Assembly: GCA_002104905.1 (NCBI GenBank)
Contig: MCFE01000197.1
Location: 70,374 to 134,373 of the forward strand
Source: Basidiobolus meristosporus CBS 931.73
Taxonomy: Eukaryota; Fungi; Basidiobolomycota
Length of the DNA: 64,000 nt
Direction: 5' to 3'
In this document: positions 24,875 to 38,062 of the stretch, one piece after another
Layout: each line of letters opens with the position of its first letter
How positions within the stretch are numbered: the stretch's first letter is position 1
Position numbers and translations under genes: made by a program
The notes under the pieces: model-generated
The model's database searches: none
Told to the model about the DNA's origin: nothing
What the model saw: the letters and a program-made list of their open reading frames with translations, nothing else

Positions 24875-27800
24875 TGTTATGATCTGCTGCCTAAATGTTT
24901 AAGTTGGATTGGTTTTTAATCAAATAAATTAGCTTATGTCCAGCTAACAAATGTATCAGTATTACCTTTCAGATCAGTAGTACTAGTCTGCTGATGAATC
25001 AGCATATCTTTATCATACAGAAATAGAAATATTAAGTATCATATAATAGGGTGATGATTATGCAACCAGATGAGTCATTAGCCACAGCCTACATTATGAA
25101 AAACAATCAGTCAGCAATTGATCTGGCAAAATGAATATAAGGTGCTGCTGAAACCCCAATAAAATCAGTAAGCTTTAGTAAATAAAATACTGCTAAGCTC
25201 CCTATTCCTATACAACTCTTATATCAACACTTGTAACATTGTAAGCAGCAATAATCCAAAACCTCCCCCCTGAAGAACAAAATAGCCTCCCTCAAGATGT
25301 CAGAAAATCACAAATGAATGAATGCTATGCAGCAGGTCCTAACCCAGCAGCAACAAGGAGTGAATACCATGGCCCAAAGCCTGTCAATAGCAGCTTTTGT
25401 GTGATGGTCCATGGGCACCATGGTAGAGTCAATGAAAACCTGAGAACTTGACTCTTCCAGATTGAAGAAGCTTTCAAGGCTAAGGAATTGCTCCAGAAAG
25501 CAAGTGCTATGCAGAATAATCCCACATCAAAAAATGTAAGGAAGGACTTTGATTTAATTGCCACCTGCAAGGACATATTGCAAGGTACTGCCCTCAGAGA
25601 AAAAATGGACACCAGTCATCAGGAACCTTCAGCCCTATTGAAGCCCTTGAACATAATAACATGGGAGATGAACTTGAAGAAGACTTAGAACTCACCTTCC
25701 ATATGACAGAAGAATTCTTATCCTAAGTGGCCTCAGCAAAGCAATTATACTTGAAAGGAGTATTCAATGGAGTACCTGCCAATATCATGATTGACTCTGG
25801 AGCATTGCATGAGTACACATCAGTGCAAATTGATTTGAAAGCTTGAATCAACTTGGAATGCACCAAATCAACCTCAGTCTTGACAGCATATGGGATTTCT
25901 CACATAATTTACCGTATTACTCAGCCAGTAGGAATGAAGATCTATGACTATGAAGAAGACCTACAAGTCTATATAGTTGGGAACTGCTAGTCTGACCTTG
26001 TACTTGGAAAAACCTGGCTATTTTGTTGTAGTCCATAAATCAACTGGAGAACCCATGCTACTCAGAAGCTGAAGGACAACAAGGCTTATGAGCTCTTACC
26101 TGCCAGACAGGATTTCCACTTGGTCAATACCAGTGTGTGTTAAACAAGTGAACTTAGCAAGACACAGCTTAGTAGAGCACTTAGAAATGGTACCCAGATG
26201 CTCCTCATGGCATATTACAGGAGGACTCCTCTACTCCAGTATTTCAGATGGTCCAGACTCTCTTGAAGGAATATTCAGATGTGTTTCCAAAAGTACCTGT
26301 AAGCCTTCCTCCAGTCAGAGATGTGGATAATGCCATTGACACCAGGGATAACCTCCCAGTGAGTAAGACACCTTAATGAGTGAGTTCATTGGAGTTGGAA
26401 GAGATGAAGAGTCAAATGGATCAGCTATTGGAGCAAGGACATATCAGACCCAGTAAGTCACCTTGGAGGGCCCCAGTACTTTTTGTGAAAAGAAAGGTGG
26501 AGCACATAGCATGTGTATTGACTACAGAGCCCTCAACTCAGCTACTCTAAAGAATAAAGACCCCATACCTTAAATTGATGAGCTTTTGGGCTGACTCAAT
26601 GGTGCCATCATATTCAGCAAGATTGACCTTGTGTCTGGATACAACTATATTAGGGTGAAACCAGAAGACATCCCTAAGAGAGCATTCAGGACCAGATATG
26701 GACATTACAAGTGCTTAGTCATGAGTTTGGCCTTACCAATGCCCCTGCAACATTCATGATGCTGACGTAAATAGTCTTTCAGGAATACTTAGACAGGCTT
26801 TTAGTAATCTGCCTAGGTAAGATATTGATATTGAGTAAGACAGAAGAGTAATACTTGGTGAATATTGGAAAGGTCTTGAAGAAGCTAACAGAGAACAAGT
26901 TGCATGGCAAGCTAGCAAAGTATGAATTCTTGATGGAACATGTTGAATACATGGGACACATAGTGAATAGCACAGGAGTGACCTTAGACCCCAAGGAGTT
27001 TGAAATCATCAAGAATATGAAGCAGCCCAATAGCATATTGGAACTCAGATCATTCCTTGGAATGGTGTCTGATTATTGGAGATTTATCAAGTCCTTTGCA
27101 AGTAATGCAGCCCCTTTGACTGATATTCTCAAGAAAGACAACACCATGAAGTAGGACATAGCCTGGGAGACTGCCCTTCAGGCTCTCAAGAACAAACTTG
27201 CTTAGCTGCCAAGCTTAAGAATCCCAGACTTCAGAAAAGAGCCTAATCTGTGCACAGATGCTTCAGATTATGCAATTAGTGGCGCACTGAGCCAAGAGCA
27301 TGAGGGAAAGTACTACCCAGTTACTTTTGAGTCCAAGAAATTGAACTCAATAGAATACAACTATCCAGTGCATGAGAAGGAGATGCTTGCTATAATACAC
27401 TGCTTGAAGACCTGGAGATGCTACACTGAAGGAGTCATGTGCACTGCAAAGACTGATAGCACCTCACTCAAGTATATGTTTACTCAGAAGGTACTATACA
27501 GAGGAATGACAAGATGGAATGAATACATTCAGCAACTCTACTTTGAGATTGTCTATTGCCTTGGGAAAAACAACACAGGCACTGATGCCTTATCAAGAAT
27601 AGAACAAGTTGCACAACTGAACCTGGTGCATGAATCAAATTTGTCTAGCTTAATACCAAAGTACTTGAAGGACCATGTCATTTATAATGAGCTGATTAAA
27701 GCAATCAAGACAATAGTCCAGAATGAAGCCAGATAAATTGTTGATGGAAGGCCTATAGCCTACTGCCCTTATATGGCTTGCCTGGATTTAATAAATAAGC

Positions 27801-29143
27801 TTCATAATGGATGTGGACATCTTGGAATTGAAGGACCCAATAGCCTTATCAAAGCCAGAGCATGGTAGCCCAGGATGAAACAAGATATTGAGATGCTAGT
27901 GAAAACAAGCCAATTCGCCAAATCAACCAAGGCCAACCACAAAGAGTTGCTGAACACCTTCCGTTGAGGCCTGTAAGACCACTTCAGAGATGGGAAATTA
28001 ACTTTATTGGAGGACTGCCAACCACCAGGAAATGCAACCATTAGATCCTTGTAGCAATTGGCCATGCCACTAAATGGCCTGTGGCTAGAGAAGTATCTGT
28101 GGCCAATGAACAAGAAGTTGCAAGTTTCATCTACCATGGGGTCCTAATGAAGTTTGGATGCCCTGTAGAGTATTAATCCCATAGAGGAGGAAGCTTTATT
28201 GCAAAGATATTGGAAGCCTACCTGGAAAAGAAGCTGATCAAATATGCAAACAGGGCTGTCAGTAGATGGGATGAGCATATAGACCAAGCAATTCTTTCCT
28301 GCAGAGTTAGTGTGCACAACACCACCCACAATTGCCATTTCACTTAGTGTATGGATGTGAGCTGGGGATTGCAGGAGATTGCATACAACCAAAGCTTACA
28401 GATTCCTTAGAAGATGAGCACAGTCAACCAAGTAGACATCAGCAGCTGGAACCAAGGTGTCAAGAGGCACAGGTAAAGAATCTCCAGGTGCAGAAAAGAT
28501 GAAGCAGGGATCTGATATGTCTATATCACCAGATGCCTTGACAGTTGGAACTTTTTACTGTTGAAAAACAACACATGGAAGCAGTTTGAGCCACAATGGA
28601 CAGGACCTTTCAAGATCACCAGAGGATGTCCATTTGCAACTTATCAACTAATAGACAAACATTGTAATATCTGGGAAGACTAAGTTCATATAGACAGACT
28701 CAAGCTTGCAAAACTTGCTGACAATACTGAACCATCATGATATTGGTATTACAAGAAAAGAGATTTAGGAGTACACTCTCAACTTTTGAAGGTGAGAATG
28801 TTACAATCTACTGTTTCTAATCAGATCAATTAGTTTTAGGCCTGGCCTATCAGCATATCAGTGTTATCTATTGGATCATTAGTATCATTCAGCAGATGAG
28901 TTAGCAGATTCTTATTATACAGAAATAGATATATGAAGTATCATACAATTGGGTGTTGATGATGCAATCATATGAGTCATCTGCCACAGCCCACATTTGG
29001 AAGTACAATTACTTGGCTATTGATCTGGTAAAATGCATGTAATGAGCAGCTGGAACCTCAATAAAAATCAGTACAAGCTTGAGTGAATACAATACTAGCT
29101 AAACTCCCTATTCCTCTGCAACTCATAAACCCAGACTTGTACA
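24875..29143 (+). mobile_element. Full-length degenerate G1 Ty3/Gypsy element (LTRs 24875-25238 and 28799-29143)
   Basis: Order gag, protease (IMIDSGA at about 25786), RT, RNase H (TDAS, DALSR), integrase, PPT. The LTRs are only about 70-75% identical and no clean TSD was found. Confidence 0.88.
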
Positions 29144-30162
29144 AATAAATGAAAGTGAGTCAAACCGCAAGAAAATAGGCTACATATAAATGTACATGAG
29201 GTGCCACAATTTCATTAAAGGTGCTTACTATGGTGGGGCATTATATATTCTTACATTTATGTCAGAGCAATATCTCAAATACAAGACTGTCTTAGATTCA
29301 CATGAGTATTTGCTGAAAAGTAATGCCACAGTGTTATGTTGTTGAGTATCTAGCTATTTGCCCCAGAGACAAGACTTCTTTAACTCAACACCATAAGAGA
29401 AGGGGAAGACATCCATGTGACTACTACAACAGGCCTCTTGGCCATGAAGCACCTGTTGGCATAAGAAGTATCACCATGATCATGGCCAGTGTTTGACTAT
29501 ATAAGCCATATTTGACCACTCATCAATCACTACTTTACCAATAATATAATACCAGCTGCTGAGTACTGTGATAATGGCACCAAGCTGTACATCTTACCTG
29601 AGTATACTAAGTGAGGTAGGTTTGTAACGCTTTTAGGCTCACCTTAGCCTTTGAGATATTGCCTGCAGAGTAATTGCTCTGGAGAAGAAGGCTCACTGAT
29701 GAATTGCTAGCCTTTCTTCCCTAACAACAGCAACCTGCATGAGCCGGACAAACTCAATATGCAATGGGACAACACCTGTGGAAAAATAGCCAATGCTACT
29801 TCAAAGAGGCAAGTGAGCCCAGTGATTCATCTAGTGGTGAATAATGTGATGTTATGGCTTTAGATGTGAGGTGTTTCCACTAATATTAGTAGAGGGGACT
29901 TTGAGGATTAGTATTACTTCTGGACTAATTCATTCCAGGATGCTACTAATCATGTACATGGTACAAATGGACTATAGTCATGCAGCTGGCTACACACTAC
30001 CCAGTGACAATCCCAATACCACATTGTGCTAGCAGTTGCCTGGCACTCTCATCATATAATGTCAACATTCCAAGGTGTCCAACTTGTCCAGAATCCACCA
30101 CCATAGGAAGAAACCTTTATGGACACTCTGGACAATCTCCAGTGATTCCTCACATAAATAAG

Positions 30163-32397
30163 TGTTGAAATAATGGATCATTTAGTATCAATCAGCAGCT
30201 AAGGTTATACCTAACAATTCTGGACCAGTATGGTCACTGTAAGACTAGCCTATAGCTCTAACTTTGCCACTCTCTTCAGATCTTTGTTCCTATGATTATT
30301 CCCCTTCAATTAAGATCAAATTTGCACCATCACCAAACATTATGTACTAACCCTGAACAGTATTACAGAATGCTCCTGAGTATTGAGAAGGTCTTCTCAC
30401 TTAGTATTACAGTTGTATTACTTCTACAAAGGTATTAGTACTGAGCTTCTTTGTGAGCAATCATCAGCTTAACTATAATCTCTGTCTCTTAATAAGTTTC
30501 TTATATCCAAATTACTGCTTAAATTGCAACAGGTTATGAGCACCAGTTGCCTTAATCTATTCTAAAGATGGCATATACCAGCCAACAAAACAATACAAAC
30601 ATCTTCCCTGTGAAAGAGAGGCTTAATAATAAGCGCTACAAACTTTGAAAATTCCAGATGTAGTTCCACCTTGAGGAAAAAAGCATTGGAGTATAGTAAC
30701 TGGGAGAGAAGTTGAACCCAAGGGAGCAGCAGAAGAAGTGGAGAAGTTTCAAGAGAAGGAGAGAAAAGTCTTTAATGCCATATATGTCTATGTGTAAGAT
30801 TCCTTCATTGGACAAATCCATGCTTCAAATACTACCAAAGCAGCATAGGAATCCTTACAGAGATCATTTATAAGCAAAGTCAGTATTTAGTAAGCCTTAT
30901 TTATAACAAAAGCTCTTCAACATGTGGAAGAAGCCAGACAATGATATGCTACAATTCATTACCACAATTGAGACATTTGCAGAAGAACTTGACAATACCA
31001 ATGCTGGTCTAGATCATGACAAAAAGATACTCTGTCTGCTTTGCAGCTTACCAGACAAGTATGAGCCACTTGTATTCTCCATTAAAGCAGAGAAGACAAT
31101 CTGACTTAAGGCTATGTCAAGGAATACTTCTCCATGAAGAAGCACAGATGTAATGATTGAGCACAGAAAGTTGAAGACAATGCTTTATTACTGCTCAGAA
31201 AGGCACACAGAAAAGAATGGAAGGCAACAAGTCAAGGAAAACCTGGTTTCTGCAACTACTGTAAGAAGCCAGCACTTTGGGTAAGCAAATGCAAGAAGAA
31301 ACAAGCAGACATAAAACATAAGCTGCGAGCAGGCAAACCACATAACTAATGATGAATAGTTATTTGTATCTGTACAACAGAGTGCAAGTAACTAAAGTAA
31401 TGCGTAGTATATTGCCTCTGGAGCATCACAGCATACTTGCAATATACAGGAGTGGTTCAGCAACTCAAAGACTATACCTGTAAGAAATGTTTATCTGGGA
31501 GATAACTCTGCACTAGAAGCAACTGCCAATGGGTCTATACAGCTAAATATGAGTGATATCTAAAGGGCAACAACAGCAAATACTGACTGGTATACTTTAG
31601 GAGCCTGGAATAACCAAGAACCTACTTTTGGTCACTAAGACAACTGCTCTTGTGCACTCAGACACATGTGTGCCAATGAGAGCACTGTTCTTTGGAGCCA
31701 AGAGACACTTTATGATGTTTGTGAATGACAAGACAAAATATACATTGGATGTTGATCCTCAAAACAAATGATGTGGCTTAAGTGACATTTAAGCTATTTA
31801 AGAGCATGGTGGAAGCACAAACTGGGTGTAAATTCTAGGTACATCAAAGTAACCACAGAGAGGAATACTGTTCAAAGGAGTTTGCAAAATGCTGCTTATT
31901 TACTGGCATACTTCAGCAAACCACCTGTACCACATACTCCACAGCAAAATGGAGTAGCAGATGTGCAACTAGAACAATAGCAGAGATGGGAAGATCTGTG
32001 CTACATGATGAGGCAATGGACTACATGTTTTGACCTGATTTTGTTGCTACCATAGCATACATCAAGAATAGATGCCCAACAGCAGCACTCTAATGATACT
32101 ACACTTTTTGAAGCATATACAGGCAAAAATCTGACCTCCAGCACCTCTGGATCTTTAGAAGTGGTGTCTTTCATCACATCCCTGACAGAAAATGTTTAAA
32201 GCTGGAACAAAGAGTAGAAACAGGACATTTTTTGGGCATTGTGATATTACTAAAGGGTATAGAGTGTATGATGCATAATTCCAAAGCTGATCAAGCACAA
32301 GTATGTTGTATTTGAGGAGAGTTCACACCAGAAAGCCACTGAGATCATATGCCAACTGCCTGATGATGCAATCAACACTAATGATGAAGATATATTC
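30163..32397 (+). mobile_element. Ty1/Copia element (Copia-2), 5' half: LTR 30163-30531, gag, protease, partial integrase
   Basis: Collinear with Copia-1 but diverged. It retains the protease remnant (YIASGASQH) that Copia-1 lacks. Confidence 0.88.
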
Positions 32398-32565
32398 CTC
32401 ATGGTAACTAGGTTGAGGGCCCTTTAGGCAATGCACATCCTAATTGTTCCATCCTTCTTATTCACAAAATCACTTGTGCTCCCCAAGGTGACTTGCTGAG
32501 TCTAATATATCCTTGCTCCAATAACTAATCTATTTATCTCTTCAACTCTTCCAGTTCCAATTGAT
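32397..32565 (-). pseudogene. G1 RT fragment
   Basis: Matches 47450-47600 and the reverse complement of 26390-26560. Confidence 0.7.
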
Positions 32566-32566
32566 T

Positions 32567-33196
32567 CCTGTGTGCCTTGTGCACTACCCTGAAAAGCTCC
32601 TTGATGACAGGTCTGAGGTGTAACTGTTGAAGGTAGGTGAAGTGATCAACTGCTAGTCAATATGTGAGAAGTGTTACAGATTGAAGGGGTGATTATCAAT
32701 GAGGGATTGACTTCCCTCAACTACTTTTCCAGATTGCCAAGTGATTACTAATGACCAGGTTCTTGGAGACTCTAGAAATCAGTGGAATTCTGGATGACAT
32801 CAATATGAGCTAAAAATACTCCAAGAAGGCCCTGGAAGGTTCTAAAAAGTGCAGCACATCCAACTAATCAAAAATCAGTAGTCTGAAACCTGAGAATCAT
32901 AGAGATATCATATATGGTATTGAAATGATAGGAATGGTGACACAAACTTGGGTCATGTGTCACAGGTACCACCACAGGTACTCACCTAATGTAGATACAT
33001 ATACTGATTGCAAAGCTGAACAATATCTTGGATTATTAATGTTAGTTACTAATCAGGAATAACATCATCTGGGGATAATACTAATAAGATGGTCAAAGAA
33101 GATTGGGGTAATACCAGTAAGATAAAATATGGATAAGTGCATAATAATGGCTATATGGATAAACTTGTCTGTGGGAGGTATGCTTACCCTACCACA
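32567..33196 (-). repeat. Truncated LTR of family D
   Basis: Reverse complement of 36791-37420. It ends ...CCCTACCACA and is followed by CCAG. Confidence 0.8.
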
Positions 33197-33399
33197 CCAG
33201 TAAAATCCCAATATACAATGAGACAACACCTGTAAAAAAAATGCTGATAATACCTCATGGAGCCAAGTGAACCCAGTAATCATCAACTAGTCACTGTTGT
33301 GTTGTTATAGAGCCATGGCTAGTTTCCTCCAATATCAGTAATGGGGGCTTTGAGGATTTACTTTTATATCTTGCCAAAATCATTCTGAGCAATTTCTAG

Positions 33400-35335
33400 A
33401 TGAGTTTTGTATGCTATGAAGCAGCACACTAGTAAATGACTAACATGTCAACATGCATGTGTTTATCTTCATTGGAGATTCCACAGCTGTACTACTTAAG
33501 AATAGGAGTAACAACAGAAAGCCTTGTGATTCCACACAGTTTGAGGCATGGTATGAATACAGACCAAGTGTAGAGCATCTAAGAATGCTTTGGTGTACAT
33601 CAGATGCTAAGAAACTGCCTGGTATTAAGGCAAATCATGAGCCAAGAAGCGTAAAATGCTTGTTTGTGGGCCACTACCATGAGAGTAAAGTATGTAGACT
33701 CTGTCTAGTACCAGAGCTAAGAGGCTGATCAGGTACAGAGAAGTGCTGATTGCTGCAAATTTAAAGTTTTTGCACACAATGACATCAGATTGTGACAGGA
33801 ATTATATCCTAAGTACACAGATAATCAGTATTGAATTAGTGTAAAACAATAAAATTCCTTTCACTTAAGATGACTCTATGTCCATGGCTGAGCCTCAATC
33901 AGTGTGTAGGAATATCCTAGCAGTGTGTATTACAGCATCACAAACCAGGAGATCCAACTTGACCAGAAATGGCCCAAGTTACTATATCAACAAGGGTACA
34001 AGCTTAGACTATGCCTGTACAGTCCAGAATGATGAGCCCAAGACTATAAAAGAGGCAAAGTTTTGAAGATCTGCAAAGACTGAGGAGTATCAGGCCCTGA
34101 TGGAAAATCAAACTTGGGACCTGGTCAAATTACTAATCAACTAAATATGAATTGGAAGCAGATGTGTCTTCAATACAAATGCAAGGCTGAAGGTTCATAT
34201 CAAAGATACATAGCAAGACTTGTGGCTAAAGGATCTTCTCAAAAATAAGTACTTGACTATACTAAAGCCTTTGCTCTGGTTGCCAAGTTTAATTCCATTA
34301 TATTGGTATTTGAAATTGCAGCCATATATCAGTATTTATAGATGACATGGATGCAAAAACTGCATTCTGGAATAGAGAACTTGATGAAGATATGTATATG
34401 GGCCAGCCTCAATGGTTTGTTGACCACAATAACCATCATTTGGTCTACAAACTTAAGAGATATCCATTTAGACTGAAACATTTACCAAGAGCCTGGAATT
34501 GCAAGATAGACTCTTTCTGGAATTTTCAGTGTCAACAGGGGTTCTGCTGACTGTAGTAAGTACTATAAGCAAAATATAGCAAGTCTAGTTCTATTAGATC
34601 TATATGTGGATGATCTTGTTATAGCCACCAATAACCTTGAAACATTGCAAGAGACTAAATCCAGCCTATCTAAGGACCTCAAGATATCCAATGTATAGCT
34701 CAGTCACTACTTAGGGATAAAACCTTCCATAGGCAGAAGCACCTAGACCATCACCCTATACCAGTCAAACATGTTCAAATTTTACTGAAGAAATACCAAA
34801 TGCAAGTTTGTAAACTGGCAGCTACCCCAATGTAGATCAAACTTGACTTGGTCAAAACCTAATCAAATCAATTGAGCTTGGTCCTATCAGAAAGCCCTGA
34901 CTGTCCTTATTTGTCTAAGGCCAGCATTCTGATATGTATTACGCTTGAAACATGTCCAGCTATCTCATACTTGGTGAGAGTTGTTGGTCAGCACAATAGA
35001 TGTATAGACCTAATTTTATTACTGCAGTTAAGTAGATTTTTAGATCCCCAAACAGAACTGCTGATATATGCATGAGGCATAACTACAAGGATACAGAGCA
35101 AGATCTTGTGAGATACCCTGAAGCTGATTGGGGACAAAACTCAGAAGACAGAAGATCTACCACAGGATACACCTTTCTTTACTGTCAAGGAGCAATTTCA
35201 TGGAATTCATGAAAGCAACCAACCATTGCACTTTCTACCACTGAAGAAGAGTATATAGCATTATGTGATGCCACAAAAGATGCAATGTGGTTAACAAGGA
35301 TTTTGAGATTTAAGCTTATGTCAAGAAATGCCTAC
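33400..35335 (+). pseudogene. Third, highly degenerate Ty1/Copia 3' half (integrase tail, RT, RNase H)
   Basis: MDAKTAF, LYVDDL, DWGQNSEDRRSTTGY and EEEYIAL remnants. It repeats a region already present in Copia-2, so it is a separate element. Confidence 0.8.
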
Positions 35336-35339
35336 CGCT

Positions 35340-36144
35340 TCATTTGCCCTATGAAGATAATTTGATGCTGCTGGTGGATTCAATCCAGACCAGCCATCAT
35401 GATCCCATCAGGAGACAATTATTTACACCAGCAGCTTGGAATTAACAACCATCTACATGATCTTATCACAGGAATACAGCAGTGTTTGGCTAATTTTCCC
35501 GCCAAATAAAGTTAAAAGATATAAAAGTGCTATTGCAGTGTTTTGCAAAGGGTGGCATGGCATTGTTGCAGCCTTAGTGCACTCAGCTACTATTTGAGTA
35601 GATCTAACCTGCCAGTACATCCAATTGCCTTATTTGGCAAAAAGCTTGACAGTATTTTGATGGTCTCATTGCAAGCCTGTACTGGCATTATCATAGCAGT
35701 ATAGCAGCCTACGGCTAGTTCTGCGTAATGCTACTGTACAAACTTACCAATAGGTATTTCCTTTTTCTACCCCCTTGCGCAATTCATAAAATCCACTATA
35801 ATATTTGCTTACCCACCACTACCTGTGTATTCTACATATAGATCAAATCCAAAAACTCTATGGCCTCCTGCTTACCAATCTCTACAAACATGCACACCTG
35901 CCACAATGCCCTATAAAGATAATTTGGTCCCACAGGTGGATCTAATCCAGATTGGCTGTTAAGATCCTGCCAGGAGACTGCTCTATTGTCAGCAGCTTGG
36001 AATTAATGACCATCTTCATGATCTTGTGATGCAATCACCATGCCATTTTGCTAATTTTATAGCCAAATAAAGTTGATAAAATATAACAGTGTTTGTTCAT
36101 TGTCTTGCCAACAGTGGCATGGCATTGCTACAGTCTTAGTGCGC
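35340..36144 (-). mobile_element. CMC-1 terminal fragments (second TIR starts at 35909); continues at 44126-44428 after the G2 insertion
   Basis: CCCTATAAAGATAATTTGGTCCC at 35909. Sequence is collinear with 19049-19600 and 50671-51200. Confidence 0.75.
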
Positions 36145-36790
36145 TGTGGTGGTGTATAGGTCCAAGGGAGAGATACGTCCAACACTTCTCAAGTGTTCTG
36201 TGTGTGGGATGTTCACTGGGTGCAATAACCTATGGCAAAAGCTTGCTAGGAATACTTGGGTTCTGTTTCTAATCTAATGTGAAGGGGAATAAAGCCACAA
36301 GCTTGTCAAGGGAAAACTATTGAGCTACAATCCCCAACTTAGTTGGAGTCTTAACAAAAGTATGTGCTGGGTTCAGCGTCCTTTGAGATGAGAATGTACT
36401 AAAGCTTCCAAAGTCAAAACAACTGTAAACTCCACTAGCAGGGACTTGATAAGAATGCAGCTGTGGTCAATAGTTACAAAGACAGAAAAGTATCTTTGCC
36501 TGTACAAGAACAAACTTGGGAAAGAATCAAATATAATAAAAGATACCTACTCTGAGTATTCCTCACAAGTAGTGCCTCCAAGGTCAGTTGGCTGTCAGCA
36601 CGGTTTCCTGGGAGTGTCCTGTGGTCTAGGGTTGGAAGTGCAGGTAGCAGCAGGTAGCAGTGATCACACTAATCAACAAGTTGGTATATTGATAAAAGGG
36701 ATGATGATTTATTGTAGAGGGATAGCCTCCCTTATATACTTTTCTCACTGGCTAAGTGATTACTAATCATGGTGTTCCAGAAGGTTCCGG

Positions 36791-37594
36791 TGTGGTAGGG
36801 TAAACATACCTCCCACAGACAAGTTTATTCATATAGTCATTATGATATACTTATCCATATTTTATCTTATCAGTATTATCCCATTCTTCTTTTGCCCATA
36901 TTATCAGTATTATCCCCATATGATGTTTACCCTGATTAGTTATTAGCATTAGTTATCCCATATGTTATTCAGCTTTGTGATCAGTAGATGTATCTATATA
37001 AGGCAAGTACCCGCGTCAGTACCCGTGACACATGACCTAGGTCTGTGTTACCATCTCTACCATTTCAATACCATATATGGTATTTCTATGTTGCACAGGT
37101 TTCAGACTACTGATTCCTGATTGGTTGAGAGTGCTGTGCCTTTTAGAACCTTCCAGGACATTCTTGGCATATTTTTAGCTCATAGTGATGTCATCAAGAA
37201 TTCCACTGATACCTAGAATCTTCTAGAACCTTGTCATTTGTAATCACTTGGCAATCAGGAAAAGTATTTAAGGGAAAGCAATCCCTCATCAATAAATCAT
37301 CCCTTCTATCAGTAACACTTCTACCTTATTGATTAGCAGTTGATCACTGCACCTGCCTTCAACAGTACATCTAAGACCTGCCATCAAGGAGCTTTTCAGG
37401 GTAGTGCACAAGACACACAGAGGCCTTTGGAGACACTTGGAGCACCTAGGGAGCTAAAGAAGCAGGAGCTCTTACCATAGTGACATATTGACAAAGACAC
37501 CAGCAGTTTAGACACAGAGGTTATTGCACCCATCAGACACCTCACACACCTTGAGTTGTGTAGCTTCTCCCAGGAGTACCTCTACACCACCACA
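36791..37594 (+). repeat. Solo LTR of family D (804 bp) inserted antisense into the G2 3' LTR, TSD CCGG
   Basis: TGTGGTAGGG...CACCACCACA ends, CCGG at 36787-36790 and 37595-37598, absent from the sister LTR, and homologous to LTR-C over most of its length. Confidence 0.92.
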
Positions 37595-38023
37595 CCGGAT
37601 ATCAATAGAAATCTTAATGACATCAGAATGACCTAAGAATGCTCTAAGTAGGTGCTGGAAGGTTCTAAGAGGCACAGCACATCCAACCAATTAGGAATCA
37701 GTATTCTGAAACCTGTGTAACATGGGGATACCATATATGGTATGGAAATGGTAGGGATGGTGATATGGGTTGATCATGTGTCACGGGTACTGGCGCGGGT
37801 ACTTGCCTAATATAGAAGCACTTGTAGCTAGAAATCTTACATAAAGTGAGGGGTAACTTATGCAATAAGGTAAGCAGGTGTGATAGTCAACCAGCTTATG
37901 GGATAGTACTGATTGGGTAAGACAAATGGGATAAAACTAAAATGAGTGTAGTAGGGATATAGGGAAGTAGAAAATAAGGGAATGAGCACATCTGTCAGTG
38001 GGTGTCACTGTCACCCCACTACA

Positions 38024-38037
38024 TCCACCCCCCTCTC
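38024..38037 (-). promoter_or_regulatory. G2 polypurine tract
   Basis: GAGAGGGGGGTGGA on the minus strand immediately before the 3' LTR. Confidence 0.85.
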
Positions 38038-38062
38038 AGCTTTGAACTTGGGTCAAAGCAAA

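Larger units (their letters stand above)
18790..30162. mobile_element. Old CMC-1 host copy (ORF2 minus at about 23078-24870, transposase start plus at about 29350-30162), split by nested CMC-1 (19049-23077) and G1 (24875-29143)
   Basis: 18790-19048 and 23078-24870 are collinear with the reverse complement of 53185-55480. 29144-30162 matches the intergenic region and transposase N-terminus. Confidence 0.7.

Noticed and set aside
24870-29151. TSD for the full-length G1 element
   Set aside because: The flanks ATATG and AATAA do not match. The element is too old to call one.
32397-33400. Copia-2 carrying captured Gypsy and CMC cargo
   Set aside because: No TSDs or matching ends bound the segment, and the downstream Copia is a different element. 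Deletions joining nested fragments explain it better.
36446-36766. 106-aa ORF repeated at 43356-43676 and 46292-46522 as a conserved gene
   Set aside because: It lies inside LTR-C, so conservation reflects LTR identity. It starts at TTG, is truncated in the diverged copy and has no recognisable motif.
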